Shown piece after piece: positions 10,238 to 22,615 of a DNA stretch of 64,000 bases (within the stretch, counting starts at the first letter, position 1; every line of letters starts with the position of its first letter). A program made the translations under genes and the position numbers. The notes under the pieces were generated by a model. It was given only the letters and a program-made list of their open reading frames with translations. It did not search any database and was not told the origin of the DNA. The DNA is from Octopus sinensis (taxonomy: Eukaryota), in the NCBI RefSeq assembly GCF_006345805.1, contig NC_043003.1, forward strand, positions 83,390,001-83,454,000, read 5' to 3'.

Positions 10238-12486
10238 AACAGTTCGCGACACCATTGAGGTCGTTTTTGTAACACAATGCTTTGATGTTATTGGGAGATA
10301 AATATAGCTTTGACGAGTAAAATAAACTACAGTTTGGTAGTTTTGCAATTCTGGTTCAAAAGTTATGAACATTTATTTTTTATTTTGAGAGAAAATAAAA
10401 GAAACCGGGATACTTTATCATTTATAGAAGTTATCTACGTCACTGTTGCCTGAATTATCACTTTCACTCTCACTGACTTTATCTTTGGACTCTTCATCGT
10501 CTCCAATAGCTCTAATATGCTCGTAAAGCTTGTTCAGATGAGCATTAGCTTTGTAATGCATCCTTGGACTGTCTTGCTCTCCAGATTCTGAAATGATCCA
10601 TACCGTCGCGCTAGCACTTACTCGAAGGTGAAGTTTGTGGTGTACTGTCTTTCCACTTCTCGCTTGTCAATGGTCAATACGCGCTCAATTGGCTACAAAT
10701 CGGAATGATGCGATGGAGAAAAGATGACCTCATGACCTCCTTCTCTTGCCATGGTACAAACAACTGGAAATACATGTAGTCTGTTGTACTCCCTCAGCTT
10801 TTCCTATAGCACACACTTCAGGTATCCAGCTTCGAATGGCATCTCTCATTCTTGACATGCCCCCTGCACTTGAGCTTTCTACCACCATCTTTTTTGTGTT
10901 AAGCCAGTGAGATTAAAGTGATATTTCATATTGTCTGTCACAATGACAGCGTTATTAATACCTCGGTCATCAAGAGCTTTATGAAGGCGCATGGCTCAAT
11001 GGTTAGAGCGTCGAGCTTACGATCGTGAGGTTGCGAGCTCGAAGCCCAGACCGGGCTGCGTGTTGTTTTCTCGAGAATACACTATATTTCACGTTGCTCC
11101 AGTTCACTCAGCTGTAGAAATGAGTTGCGACGTCACAGGGGCCAAGCTGTATCGGCAGTTGCCTTTCCCTTGGATAACACTAGTGGTGTGGAGAGGGGAG
11201 GCCGGTATGCATGGGCGACTGCTGGTCTTCCATAAACAACCTTTCCCGGACTTGTGCCTGGGAGGGTAACTTTCTAGGTGCAATCTCATGGTCAGTGTCG
11301 TGACCGAAGGAGGTCTCAGACAAGATCGTTGAAGAGCTTCTCCATCCACTCAACAAAATATCTGTGGTCGGACATCCCATGATAGTCTTGCGTTTGTTTT
11401 TCTCCTACAAAAATATGCAGAGTGTCCTCCATCAACGAACCACTTGATTTTCATTTCGAGCTTCTTCTGGCACGGCATAGTCAATAATGGCCGCGATGAA
11501 ACAGTATCGCTTTCTTTTGTTGACTTTTCGCTTGGTCCTTTTCATCGTTCGGATCATACAAACTGTCATCATGTCGAGCATAATTCTTGTAAATATAGCT
11601 TTCATACATGTACACAATTCGTCGATTCTTCGCTGAGTTGAAAGAAGCTAATCTGACTATAGAGATCCCGCTTACTAATGTTCTCGACTCGGAGCTTGTA
11701 ACACGTCATTCCTTTTTCTTCTTTCTGCGACGGTATCCTTTTCGCTTAAGGAATCTTTGAACAGATCGCAGAGCTGCTTGACCTTGCTTTGGTTGATCAC
11801 GATCAATAGCAATGAAACCATTTCCGATACAGCAGTGTATCACATCCCGAACAACAGTCCTAGTGTAAGTCGCCTGACGATCTCTGACAAAATTCTGAAT
11901 TACGGAAGTCACAAGATGAAGATCAGGAACTACTGAAGCCTTTGGGTCATCTTCATTTCCGGTCATCTTCAGCTCCGAAATTTCTCCATTCTCAAGAAAT
12001 TTGGTCCAAATTTCGCTGTAGAGTTTATTACTTTGGCCATGGACATTCGCAATACGGTTCGTAGCATCTGTATTCTTCTTCATTCGCCCAAGTCTCTTAT
12101 TATTGTGCAACACGACACGTTCATGACGAAATTTGGCTTGTACTGAGAGAATACTCAGCTTCTCTTCCTTGGTAAGGCTCCCAGTTCGATTTTGTTTTCA
12201 CGAAACTCTCCACAGATTCGAGCAACTGATTATCCATAACCCCATGCTTCTTCTTGGGAGTGTAAGAAACAATATTTCCCTGTGTTTTGTTACTCCTCGG
12301 CTCCATAACACCATCTTCAATTTGATCCTTTTCCTCACTTCTTTCCATAACTTTCGATTTGAAGGCGAAAGAAAAAAATTAATGGTGCAAAAGATAGTTC
12401 TATTCAACGATATAATGGTTTTAAACTAGCTGTAGAAATTGACTGAGTAAAACACCAAAATAGGCTTCAGTGGTGTCGCGGAGTAA
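10238..12486 (-). mobile_element. Sailor-type (DD82E) IS630-Tc1-mariner transposon fossil with both TIRs, interrupted by a SINE
   Basis: Reconstructed minus-strand protein: ALRSVQRFLKRKGY, RRIVYM(D>Y)ESY, RHDDSLYDPND, KRYCFIAAII, QDYHGM, IVTDNMKYH...FSPSHHSDL*PIE. I count 82 residues between the second D and the E. Inverted repeats cgcgacaccattgagg (10245) and cttcagtggtgtcgcg (12465-12480). Confidence 0.85.
10981..11320 (+). mobile_element. tRNA-derived SINE, family D, inserted in the DD82E transposase
   Basis: tRNA-like head ggcgcatggctcaatggttagagcg...cgaagcccagaccggg. Degenerate 10-bp TSD caagagcttt/caagatcgtt. Confidence 0.85.
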
Positions 12487-12679
12487 ATTTTAAATTCTAA
12501 ATCCCAAAATTTGCTCTTAAAGGGCGAATTCTTTCCAGAATAACTCGCTTTACTTGCAGCACGCTGGCTTATGTAGTGAACAGTTCAGTAAGATTTATAA
12601 TACCAACTAATAAAACAACAAATTTTAAAGAAAACTCACAAGCCAAGAGCAAGTGTCCACTCCTTCCAAACACTGATCG

Positions 12680-12826
12680 AAATTGGTACAACGTGATTAC
12701 AAAAGACATGACATTGTAGCAAGAATGGTCCATAGGGATCTCTGTGAAAATCACGGTCTACAAAGAGCAAAGACCTGATATGACCAAACCCCAGAAGGAA
12801 TTACTGAGAATGAAGATTGCATGATA
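12680..12826 (+). mobile_element. R4/Dong-like (RLE-type) non-LTR retrotransposon fragment
   Basis: KLVQRDYKRHDIVARMVHRDLCENHGLQRAKT*YDQTPEGITENEDC matches the KRRHDxVAxxxHWxLC...WYxHxPExVxENE motif. Confidence 0.65.
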
Positions 12827-12879
12827 CAATATCAGGCAGTGGCTCTCGCGGTTTCTGATCTCAACTGATTGGATGTTTT

Positions 12880-13020
12880 CAACTGGTACTTATTTTATCG
12901 ACTGCGAGAGGATGAAAGACAAAGTCGACCTCGGTAGAATTTGAACTTATAACGGGACGATGAAGAAAATGCCGCTAAACAGTTTGTCCGTCGTATTAAA
13001 GGTTCTACCAGCTCGCTGCA
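12880..13020 (-). mobile_element. SINE family A, partial
   Basis: Reverse complement of the gagctggtagaa...gaggtcgactttgtctttcatcc pattern. Confidence 0.75.
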
Positions 13021-13729
13021 TTTGTCCAGTGTCATATTAATCGACCATTTGAACGTGGGATATGTAAATAAATCTTATTCTTTAATATATTTAGAAATAT
13101 AATTGATAACTGTGTAACAGTTGAGACTCTACTTACTTCAACTTTACTCTGCCATATATGAATACCTATTTCCATAAGATTTGATTGGAAATAGTCTATA
13201 TTGCTTGTTGTGTTACTTACTTATATAAATAGCAGTAATTAACTAATTAACAGTGAAGAAATAGACCATTTCTATACAAATAGTAACAGATATTGGCTGC
13301 AGCGCTGATAAACAAGTTTTGTTATGAGATTTGATATTGTTTTGTCTTGTTTGGAGTTTGTTTTTGATTTATTTTATTCTGCGGTTTCATTCAACAAACA
13401 AAAAAATATTATTGCGAGAATTTTATTTTCGTCGACTTTCATTGTATTAGTTCGTGTATTTATTGAAGCACTTATAATTGTCAGTGATTGAGATATTGTG
13501 TTGAGGCGTGTGAATGTAGATGAGTATGTGTGTGTGTGTGTGTGTGTGTAATTTTTACTAAGAAAAATTGTCAGTGAACAAGAAATTGTAGCTCAGTAGT
13601 ATTCATCAAGCTGTTGGTTGCTACTAAGCTAAAACATCGAAGTAACTGTACATACATACATACACACATACATACATTCATACATACATACGAGGATATT
13701 TTTGAAACTTCTACGCCCTAATAAAGAAC

Positions 13730-14262
13730 ATACCGCTCTATGTCACGCTGGTGAGACCCATATTGGAGTACGGGATTCAAGCCTCTTCTCCTTATCTCCT
13801 CAAAGACAGACATCATCTCGAAAGAGTTCAGAAGCTGGCTACCCGTATGGTTCTTGGTCTCAAGCATGTGTCTTATGAAGAAAGGCTGAAGACGCTCGAC
13901 CTTTTTTCTCTCGAAAAATGACAACGCTCACATCATAAGCGGAAAGTGTAACCTATCGAAAGAGCTGAGCTGGTCTTCACTCCTGCTCCAGAGCGTGGGC
14001 TGCGGGGTCACTCCGAAAAGCTCTATCTACGACGATTTCATCTCAATCGAAGGAGAGGGGCTTTCTCCGTCCGGGTTGTGGATCCGTGGAATAAGCTGCC
14101 GGACAAGATAGTGAAGATGCCGACGACCGCTCGGTTCAAAGTCTCTCTTGACCGGAAATGGCCTGAACTCTTTGTATGACCATCCTCCCTGTACATAACT
14201 CCCTGCCCCCCTACATGGCCTTGCTTTTGCTTTTTGAGCCAATAAAAATTAAAATTAAAAAA
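13730..14262 (+). mobile_element. CR1-clade LINE 3' end (RT C-terminus plus 3' UTR)
   Basis: LYVTLVRPILEYGIQASSPYL...ERVQKLATRMV...SYEERLKTLDLFSLEK and LRGHSEKL...FSVRVVDPWNKLP...FKVSLDRKW. A-rich tail. Confidence 0.9.
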
Positions 14263-14529
14263 AATTTAATAAAATAAAAATTAACGATATTGTTGTTTCG
14301 TGCAGACACACTACATGAAAGTAAAGACTTACCAAAGCTAATGTGGTACAGAAATTCTCAGCGCAGCATTGTAAGAAGTAACTCAGTTGTGTTCGCTTGA
14401 TAAAGAAATTTCGAGTTGGGATTTCAAGATTTACCTGTCGGCTTAATCACAATGTATTTCTTTTCCCTCCGTAGCGGGGAATATTGTCCTTAATTAAAAT
14501 GAAAATAAAACGATAAGCGGAACTTCAAA

Positions 14530-15327
14530 TATCACTCACCGGAAAACAATTGACGGTGTGGCCTTTTCATTGATAGACAAAAAGCACAGTGCTTTTATAA
14601 TCCCAAAATTTGAGATCATCACCTTCTCTGCTTTGAAACAGGTGAGGAGGGATGTTTCTACTGCATAGATTGTCATTAAGCCTATGGCTCAAAGTGATAA
14701 AAACAATACTCATCTTGGCTTCAGAAACGTTCAAGGAAACCAGTTGGATCTGCCTCAAACAATATCAGATTATTTTGTGATGTGATCACCCTGGTGCGCT
14801 TCTGATCAGGTATCAGAAACTTTCGTTGTGCCAAGTTCATTATTCAGAATATTCTCAGCTCTCACAGGTTATACTAATAGCATTGGCTATTTGATTTAAA
14901 GTCAATCACCTTTCATTCATCGCCATGTAGTGAACACGATCAACGTTTTCTTCGGAGGTGGCAGTTTCAGAACGTCCAGACTTTGAGTCATCTTCAAGAC
15001 TGCTTGTTCCTTTCCTAAATTCAGCTGCTTAGTTTTGCAGTTGGCAAAGCTGGTATGTCATCTAAAGTACCAACCATTGTCACCATGAATCACTTTGGAG
15101 GGGTGAAACTCCATTTTTACATGTGCTTCATAATATAACGATGCCAAACTTTGTCGATTTCCAAGAGATGTCGCTACTAGTTACTTCTGAAGACTGAACA
15201 GTCGGATGTAAATTTACCTGGAAAGAAACTATACAGTTGTTAATAAAAGAGACTGAAACTTATGCTTGCAAGATTTTACATTTCTCGTATTATTCCTTGT
15301 ACCTACGAAATTTTCAGCCCATCCTCG
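14530..15327 (-). mobile_element. Mariner transposon 5' part (TIR, HTH, first catalytic D), pseudogenised
   Basis: TA-CGAGGATGGGCTGAAAA terminus at 15327. AAEFRKGTSSLEDDSKSGRSETATSEENVDRVH. QDEYCFYHFEP at about 14686-14718. Confidence 0.85.
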
Positions 15328-15334
15328 TATGTAC

Positions 15335-15376
<42 letters not shown>

Positions 15377-15433
15377 CGTTTTGGGATTTGGTTTGCAAGA
15401 TTCTTTATGTGGGTTCGTGTGTTGGAGCTTATT

Positions 15434-15502
15434 CTGTTGTGTCTGGGGAGAGTCATTCTCTTTTAGGCACTAAAAGAGAATGAATCTCCCCAGACACAAC
15501 AG
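15434..15502. repeat. 33-bp inverted repeat with 3-nt loop (fold-back)
   Basis: ctgttgtgtctggggagagtcattctcttttag / ctaaaagagaatgaatctccccagacacaacag; 1 mismatch. Confidence 0.95.
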
Positions 15503-15710
15503 TATATATATATATATATATATACATACATACATGCATACATACATACATACATACATACATACATACATACATACATACATACATACATACATGCATA
15601 TGTGTGTATACATACGTGCTTGTATACTTGTCTGTATATATGTGCTTTTATAACTAAGCTAAGAATATACGGAAGTCTACGTTTACAAGTATGTACACAC
15701 ACAATGCATG

Positions 15711-15744
<34 letters not shown>

Positions 15745-15810
15745 TGTATGTATGTATGTATGTATGTATGTATGTATGTATGTATGTATGTATGTATGTA
15801 TGTATGCGTG
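15503..15810. repeat. (TA)n, (TACA)n and (TGTA)n microsatellite cluster
   Basis: Direct reading. Confidence 0.95.
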
Positions 15811-16451
15811 CACGTATGTCTATATAGTCTACTTGTATCTATATAGTCTAAAATCTACGCATATATTTAATTATTGTTCAGAATTTATAGGCTGTGTTAG
15901 ATTAAAATTTCTGTATTTATATCAGTTTTTATATTTGTCGGTAATTAAAGTGTCATATATAAATTATGCAGATGTTTATGAATGCTTCAAACATTTATGT
16001 GTTCATATATTTTTGAATATCTGTCTGTATGTGTTTATGTTCGTTCTCCCGTCAATGAAACGACAGATATAATACGCTGACTCTGACACGGCCATGTGAT
16101 TGGCCGTGTCATAGTCAGCCCCATTAACTGCTGCTCTGTTGCCATTTTTATATTTCATCCATTTTGCAATGTTTCGGCCTTCTAACAAATTTTAATCTCA
16201 TTTAATGTCACTTACTGTGTGTGCGGTGGGGTTATGTCATTATTCAGTTTTATTTAAAGATTTCTTGCCAGCAGAGAAAGAGCTGCTTTCTAACCTAGAT
16301 CCAAGGCTCGTTCATCGGAATTTCAACAACATCAACAGGGTATTATGTATGTATGTATGTATGTACGTATGTATGTATGTATGTATGTATGTGTGTATGT
16401 ATGTGTGTATGTATGTATGTATGTATGCATGTATGTATGTATGTATGTATA

Positions 16452-16640
16452 CAGGGGTTGGACAAAATAATGGAAGCACCTAGCATCATAGCACCATAAT
16501 TTTGAAATATCTATAAAACCATCAAAAGCTTGTATATTTTTATGTTTTCTTATTTATTATTAGTGTTGCTAAATACATTGTCGCTTCTTTTCAGATATCA
16601 CCAGCAAAAGGTAATTAAAATAAAATTAGAAAAACTGAAG
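16452..16640 (+). mobile_element. Tc1-like transposon terminal fragment
   Basis: TA-CAGGGGTTGGACAAAATAATGG is a typical Tc1-type TIR start. No transposase follows. Confidence 0.65.
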
Positions 16641-17019
16641 GACCGATGCAGCAAGTGTGTGAATCTATTGAAAAAACCATAATTAACTGATCCTCCTGTA
16701 TTTCCTTTTACTCAAACCCAAGAACTTTTCAACACTCCCACATACTTGTACAGATAGAGAATTTGTTTTTTTTTTTTTTAGATATTTCAATGATTATAGC
16801 TTTCTGACAATGGATGGTTAGCCCTAATGAATTTTGAAGGAACAATCAATTACATTTATTGTAGTAATTAACTAGAACTTTATCTATCCCGAGGGGTGAG
16901 AGGATGAAAGAGAATTGAACTCAGGTTGTAAACAGCATTACCAAACTGTTGTAGTATGTTCCATTCGAACAATAATTCTGCAAATTCACGTTACTGGTTT
17001 AATAATTAACTACAATAAT

Positions 17020-17452
17020 TTATTCTGATTTAGGTACAAAGTCAGTAATTTTGAGAGTAATGTTATTAGTCGATACTATACATTTCAGTACTTGACTGGT
17101 GCTTTATGTTATTGACTCCCGATAGGATGAAAGCCAAAGCTGACCTTAATAGAATTTGAATTTAGAACGTAAAGACGTGAAGTTAATAGTGCAAAGTATT
17201 GTGTATGACGCTCAACTGATTTTCCCTATCTAACTATAATTCTTTCTGTTATAGGTACAAGGCCTGAGATTTTGGAGTAGTGGGTTGTCGATTAGATTGG
17301 TCCCATGCTCAATTGATAGTAATTTTATCGATCCCGAAAGGATGAAAGGCAAAGCTGACCTCTGTGGAATTTGAATTCTGAACGTATAGACGGACAAAAT
17401 GCCACTAACAATTTTGTCCGGCGTACTAAAAATCTGCCAGCTCGCCGTAATT
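17020..17452 (-). mobile_element. Two adjacent SINE family A copies
   Basis: Two reverse-complement copies of the head/body at about 17020-17230 and 17250-17452; the second ends ctgccagctcgcc. Confidence 0.8.
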
Positions 17453-17529
17453 TTGTCAACTAAAATAATCATTTCTAATATAGGGATGAGACATGAAATT
17501 TGGGGTAAGCAACAGGATATTAAGTAGTA

Positions 17530-17617
17530 ATGCAGTACGACCGTTTCAAGAGACTCCATTTAATTGAACAATGCAATCATTACACCAATTTAAATGCAGT
17601 GCTATCTTCAGCTGCAC
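17530..17617 (-). ncRNA. Type I hammerhead ribozyme motif with extended stem II (3' end of PLE A)
   Basis: Minus strand: GUGCAG CUGAAGA [57-nt hairpin] GAAAC GGUC GUA^ CUGCAU. Stem I has 6 bp. The base of stem II is degenerate. Confidence 0.65.
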
Positions 17618-18570
17618 AAAATATAGAATTTTTTAACAATTAATATAATTTTCTTCTTTTTTTTTTTCTTAAATATTTTAACAGAGTAAGAAGATGGAAG
17701 AAATTCATGTTGTCGCTATTGTAGCAGAGTGGCTAAGAATAGACTGCAATTTCTTAGAATCGCATGGAACATAGTGGGTTCATAAGGTTGTAAGAGTTGT
17801 AATTCATTTCTAATTTATTTACCTCATTATCATCTATTAAATCTCAGACTCGAAGACTATTTTGAATAAAGAACAAAAGTGAGTTGACAGCTCATGGCTA
17901 GGTATGGTCATAAATATTATCATAAGTATCCCTTTTCCCCAAGAGAAAGAAAATAAGACATTAGGAAGAGCCAATTTGATAGAAGTAACTGTCTATAACA
18001 AAGAGGCAGGGTAGGGGTAGACTTTAAACCATGATGTTAATTACTAGTTAAAGGGGCAAGACACTAAGAAACTTAAGATGCTAATACAGGAAAAATTTAT
18101 TAGGGGCACGATGAGGGAACTTTTATAAACAATATTATTATGTTGTATAAAATAAAATTTAAGAATTCCAAAATGATATAATAACCAAAATAGCTAAAAG
18201 GTGTGTATTTATCAATTATAATCATTAAAAAGAAAGATTATGTAGAATTAGTTTAATAGCAATTCTTGTACTTAATAAATTATTAGGTGGTTTCTATAAA
18301 GACTGCTCAAGGCACTCACATATGGAATATCTGGAAAGACATGCATACTATATATTATTTTTAAGACATGAATAAGAAACGGGATAATGAGATAATGGTA
18401 ATACATAGACATAGTTAAACAAAAGTTATGAAATCTAAAGTATAAAAAATATAAATACTCGAAAAATATGTCCTGATATAAATATGTGTAAAGTGTAAAA
18501 TAATGCATACAGATACATATACAAAGAGTTTTTTTAAGTATACATGCATACACACACATATGTGCATATA

Positions 18571-18642
<72 letters not shown>

Positions 18643-19645
18643 ATACATATACATATATTTATACGCTTATATGAATGTAGTATAAATATCTTGGATAGAT
18701 CTAAGTAACTGAAAAATACCAATTTAAGAACAAGGAATAACAATTTATAAGGGATGAGATTATTAATAAGTAAGGATATCAAAATAAGAAAACAAAGTAA
18801 CAAAAATTTATAGAAAATAATAAGAAATATATATATAACCTACATATAAATAGACAGGGGATTAAAATTAGAAGCAGAGTCAAGATAAAGGTAACCCGAA
18901 AAGAGGAGGTAACAGGTATGGAAGTAGTGAGGGCAGTTACAGGTATTCAAACTGAAGACGTTTTATTATTCGTAATATTACAGGTGTTATTGTATGTATG
19001 ATTTTATAGTTTCTAGGGGAAATATGATTTAGTCAAAGGCAGACTTACTTTCATAAAATCACTACCTAATATGACTAGTAGGGTAGAACATCATAGAAAG
19101 GAAAATAGCATAATCACCAAGTCAGACTAACTAGGTAGGGGTTATCATGGGTTAATATTATATATAGCATACCATATAGCACAACACATAGCGTATAACA
19201 TATGTAATGTAATATAATCCACCATATAACATAATATTTTATATTTATATTTTATACTGGAGGGTAAGTCTATAACGGATACGACACCAAAACATAATTC
19301 ACAGCATTAAAGTTTAAGTATGATAACTATACTTGTTAGTTTCGAAAATACTTAAATGTGCAGGTGATGCTGTGCATGATACCCTTAGGTCTAATCTATT
19401 ATTTATCAGGTTGTTCTTGTCTCTATACTAAAAAATCTCATAAATTTCCATAGAGCAAAGCTCACACACATATCGACTGTCTCTATAAGGCTACGTAATC
19501 CGTATTATATCCCATTCAATGCTAAATCTGGTCCCGCTATCTTTATGTTCCCAAATCTTACTAGATAAAGACGTACTATTAGCATTATGTTTGATTCTAA
19601 ATGATGAAAAATGCTTGTTAATATAGTGTTTTCATATTTATCGAT

Positions 19646-19688
<43 letters not shown>

Positions 19689-19699
19689 CAACTCATTCG

Positions 19700-20221
19700 T
19701 TGAATTTGGGTTTGGATGGTAATAATAATTGTAACACTACTAATGGGAATGGTGTTACAGGATTGGGGACCAATCTTGGATTACCCCAACCTGTTAATAA
19801 CTGTAATTTCAGAAACAGAAATAAATGTGTGTTTGGTAATCAATGCCTCAGAAAGGAGGTAGTTTACCAATGCACTGTGGATACACAATTTAGTAGTAGG
19901 GTGTATATCGGAGCAACTATGAATAGCATGAAACAGAGACTTAATTATCATAGATATACTTTTAGAAATAAAAATAGGATGTACTCTACAGGGTTAAGTG
20001 CATACATTTGGGAACTCAAAAGTGAGAACGTAGATTTTAGATTAAATTGGAAAATACTAACTTCGGCACCTGTGTATAATGGAAAAAATAAAAAATGCTC
20101 TCTATGTATTAATGAAATTTTTTTCATTATCAAAGCGGGTAGGCATATTATTAATAACATAAATGAAAAAATTTTTTTTTGCATTCACAAACTACCATAC
20201 ACTTTCTCTAGATTCAAATAG
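19700..20221 (+). CDS. GIY-YIG endonuclease of a Penelope-like element (Naiad-like CxCx5Cx5C type); 173-codon open frame, TTG start unverified
   Basis: CNFRNRNKCVFGNQCL-EVVYQCTV-VYIGAT-MKQRLNYH-STGLSAYIWELK-WKIL-CSLCINE-NNINE-CIH. Second Cys of the motif is Phe here. Confidence 0.85.
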   Translation: MNLGLDGNNNCNTTNGNGVTGLGTNLGLPQPVNNCNFRNRNKCVFGNQCLRKEVVYQCTVDTQFSSRVYIGATMNSMKQRLNYHRYTFRNKNRMYSTGLSAYIWELKSENVDFRLNWKILTSAPVYNGKNKKCSLCINEIFFIIKAGRHIINNINEKIFFCIHKLPYTFSRFK

Positions 20222-22504
20222 AACACAGCATTTCTACTAGTAATATTTTAACTCCCTTCTGTATCTAATTATACTAGTGGTCTTCTACAATTCTAAAACA
20301 TGCAACTTATAAATTTATAATTTTATATAATTTTGTAGCTACACATGTATATATAAAAAATATATATGTCCAGTATTAATTGTTTTTTGTATGTGTTTTT
20401 TTGTCTTGTTTTATAAGGGAAATACACTACGGCAAGAAATAATATATTCATTTTGGTATTTGCTTTGTAATATGTGATTCTTGAAGTTTTCTCATATTAC
20501 AGAGTGTGCATGAATATCATAGTTAGATACCTGGTTTTAGATACTGTAATACTATTATGTAATATATGAGAGTCTATTTGGGAGTTTGTTTGTTTAGGTT
20601 GAGAATTTGGGTTTTTGTAGGTTTTTATTTGGCAGGCTTGTATATTGTATATTTGGTGTATGGGTGTATCTTTGTACTCACCTAAATTTGTATCTTATGC
20701 TATTTATTAATAAACCTATTCATTTACTCACATTTGGCTTTATAAATATTAGCAGTTTTATATTTAGTCTATATTTGTAATCTGGATTTTTACACAATGT
20801 TATTCATCTTTTCATTTTTTTACTCATTATCTATAGGTATTAATTTACATAATATTAGCCTGTATACTAAGTTTATATAATTACTTTCTTCAATATATAT
20901 CTTATTTACATATATACTCTTTTATGCATATGAGGATATATGCATATTAGCATTACTATATATTAGGTGTACCTGTACCTAGGTATTTATCTGAATTTGT
21001 TTTCTATGGTATCTATCTATTCATTTAGTCATTTACTTATTTATTTATTTATTTATTTACCTATTTAAGTGTAGATATATACATACATACCAATTATTTA
21101 TTTTAATAATATATGGATACATGTATACTGGTTTGTACTTATATTATGTATGTAATTTTAATTATTTCTTCTTATTTATTTTATCACATTTTTAACTTAA
21201 GTATTTACAATTTATTAACTTATAATTAATTTAATTTCTGTTATTTACTCATATACAATTGTATTGGTAAGTCCCCCATTGATATTATTTAATGCCAAAT
21301 CTTGTTAATTATTACATTTGTTATCTATGTGTCCACGGTTGCTTAAAAGTATATTTATATATAAGTACTATGAATGTTTTCACACGAGCCACATATGAAA
21401 ATAGATGGTGCGTTTGTGTATATCTGCTGCTACACATGAGTATGTATATTTGAGTGTAATTCTATTAGTTCGTAGGTTAGGTTCTTTGATGGATAAATAT
21501 TAATATTATAATGGCACTGGATTTATTACGTAGAAAAGATATATATTTATACTATAAAAAATTAATCTATACTTTATAACTTAGCGTACATGCGATTATA
21601 GTAAATTACGGTGAAATCAGTAAACGTTATGTTGACTACAGAAAAAACGGTGTCACATGCTGCGTGTACCCTGCGAAAATAACATTCGATGTCGTGATAT
21701 ATAAATATATGTATCTTTATAACAAATATTTTATGGAAATATGTGAGTGAATCTATTTAGTTAATTTAGTGGCATGGTTATCGTTTTGAGAGGCTGGATG
21801 GCTGCATAGCTAGGATTATACCTCTTTTATTATTTATTTATTTATGTGTTTGACGTTGTTTGTGGATATGTATGTGTATGAGTGTACGAGTGTGTGTATA
21901 CATATAATTATGTATGTATGTGCGATTGATCTGTGGATGTGCGTGTGCGTATGTGTGTTTCTTGACTAACTAACCGTAAAATTTCTTTTGTGATTCAAAT
22001 TTTAAACTATAAGCCAATCGAATTAATCTAGAATAATCAATATCAAGCGGACAGAATAACCAGACTCATAGATATGTCGATGTCCGATGGATGTACTTGG
22101 TACAGACATAATTGTATCTATTATTATTATTATTATTATTATTAATATTAATAATAATTTTTATTGACTTTTACAGGTTTATAATTTTATGAACTGAACT
22201 GTGTTTTTTTATTATTTTTCATGTATAGGTCTGATTTTAATTTAAATGTGAGTGTGCATATATTTTCCTGTGTGTTAGTTTTTAGAACTATTAGCCCAAT
22301 ATGTAGAATAACTGTGTTTATTAATATATATTGATATATATTTTGTTTTATTTTGTTTTGTTCATTTTGTATTATTGTATTAATGAGTATATATATGTGT
22401 GTGTGTAGTATTATGGGTGTCTATGCACACGTTTTTATATTTTATATTTTTATATTTATATGTATATAACAAAAATTTTTTTTGACACTTATAATAAATT
22501 TAAT

Positions 22505-22615
22505 TCTCTGAAGAGGCCGTGGGGCATCCTTGTTAATGTCTCATTTATACCTGCCTTATATGGCTTATAGGTTAAATGAGGCATGCTTGCCCTTACTGCC
22601 GAAACAGCTGTCAGA
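22505..22615 (+). ncRNA. Type I hammerhead ribozyme motif with 86-nt stem II and palindromic stem III
   Basis: UCU CUGAAGA GGC...GCC GAAAC AGCU GUC^ AGA. Core is fully canonical; stem II is a long imperfect hairpin. Confidence 0.85.

Noticed and set aside
10985-11060. tRNA-like sequences here and at about 9990-10060, 43754-43825 and 60815-60887
   Set aside because: They continue into SINE bodies and lack a complete acceptor stem; they are SINE heads, not tRNA genes.
17645-17790. Strong polypyrimidine tract and acceptor at 17684
   Set aside because: All frames close within about 90 nt, there is no good donor, and it lies in the AT-rich UTR of PLE A.
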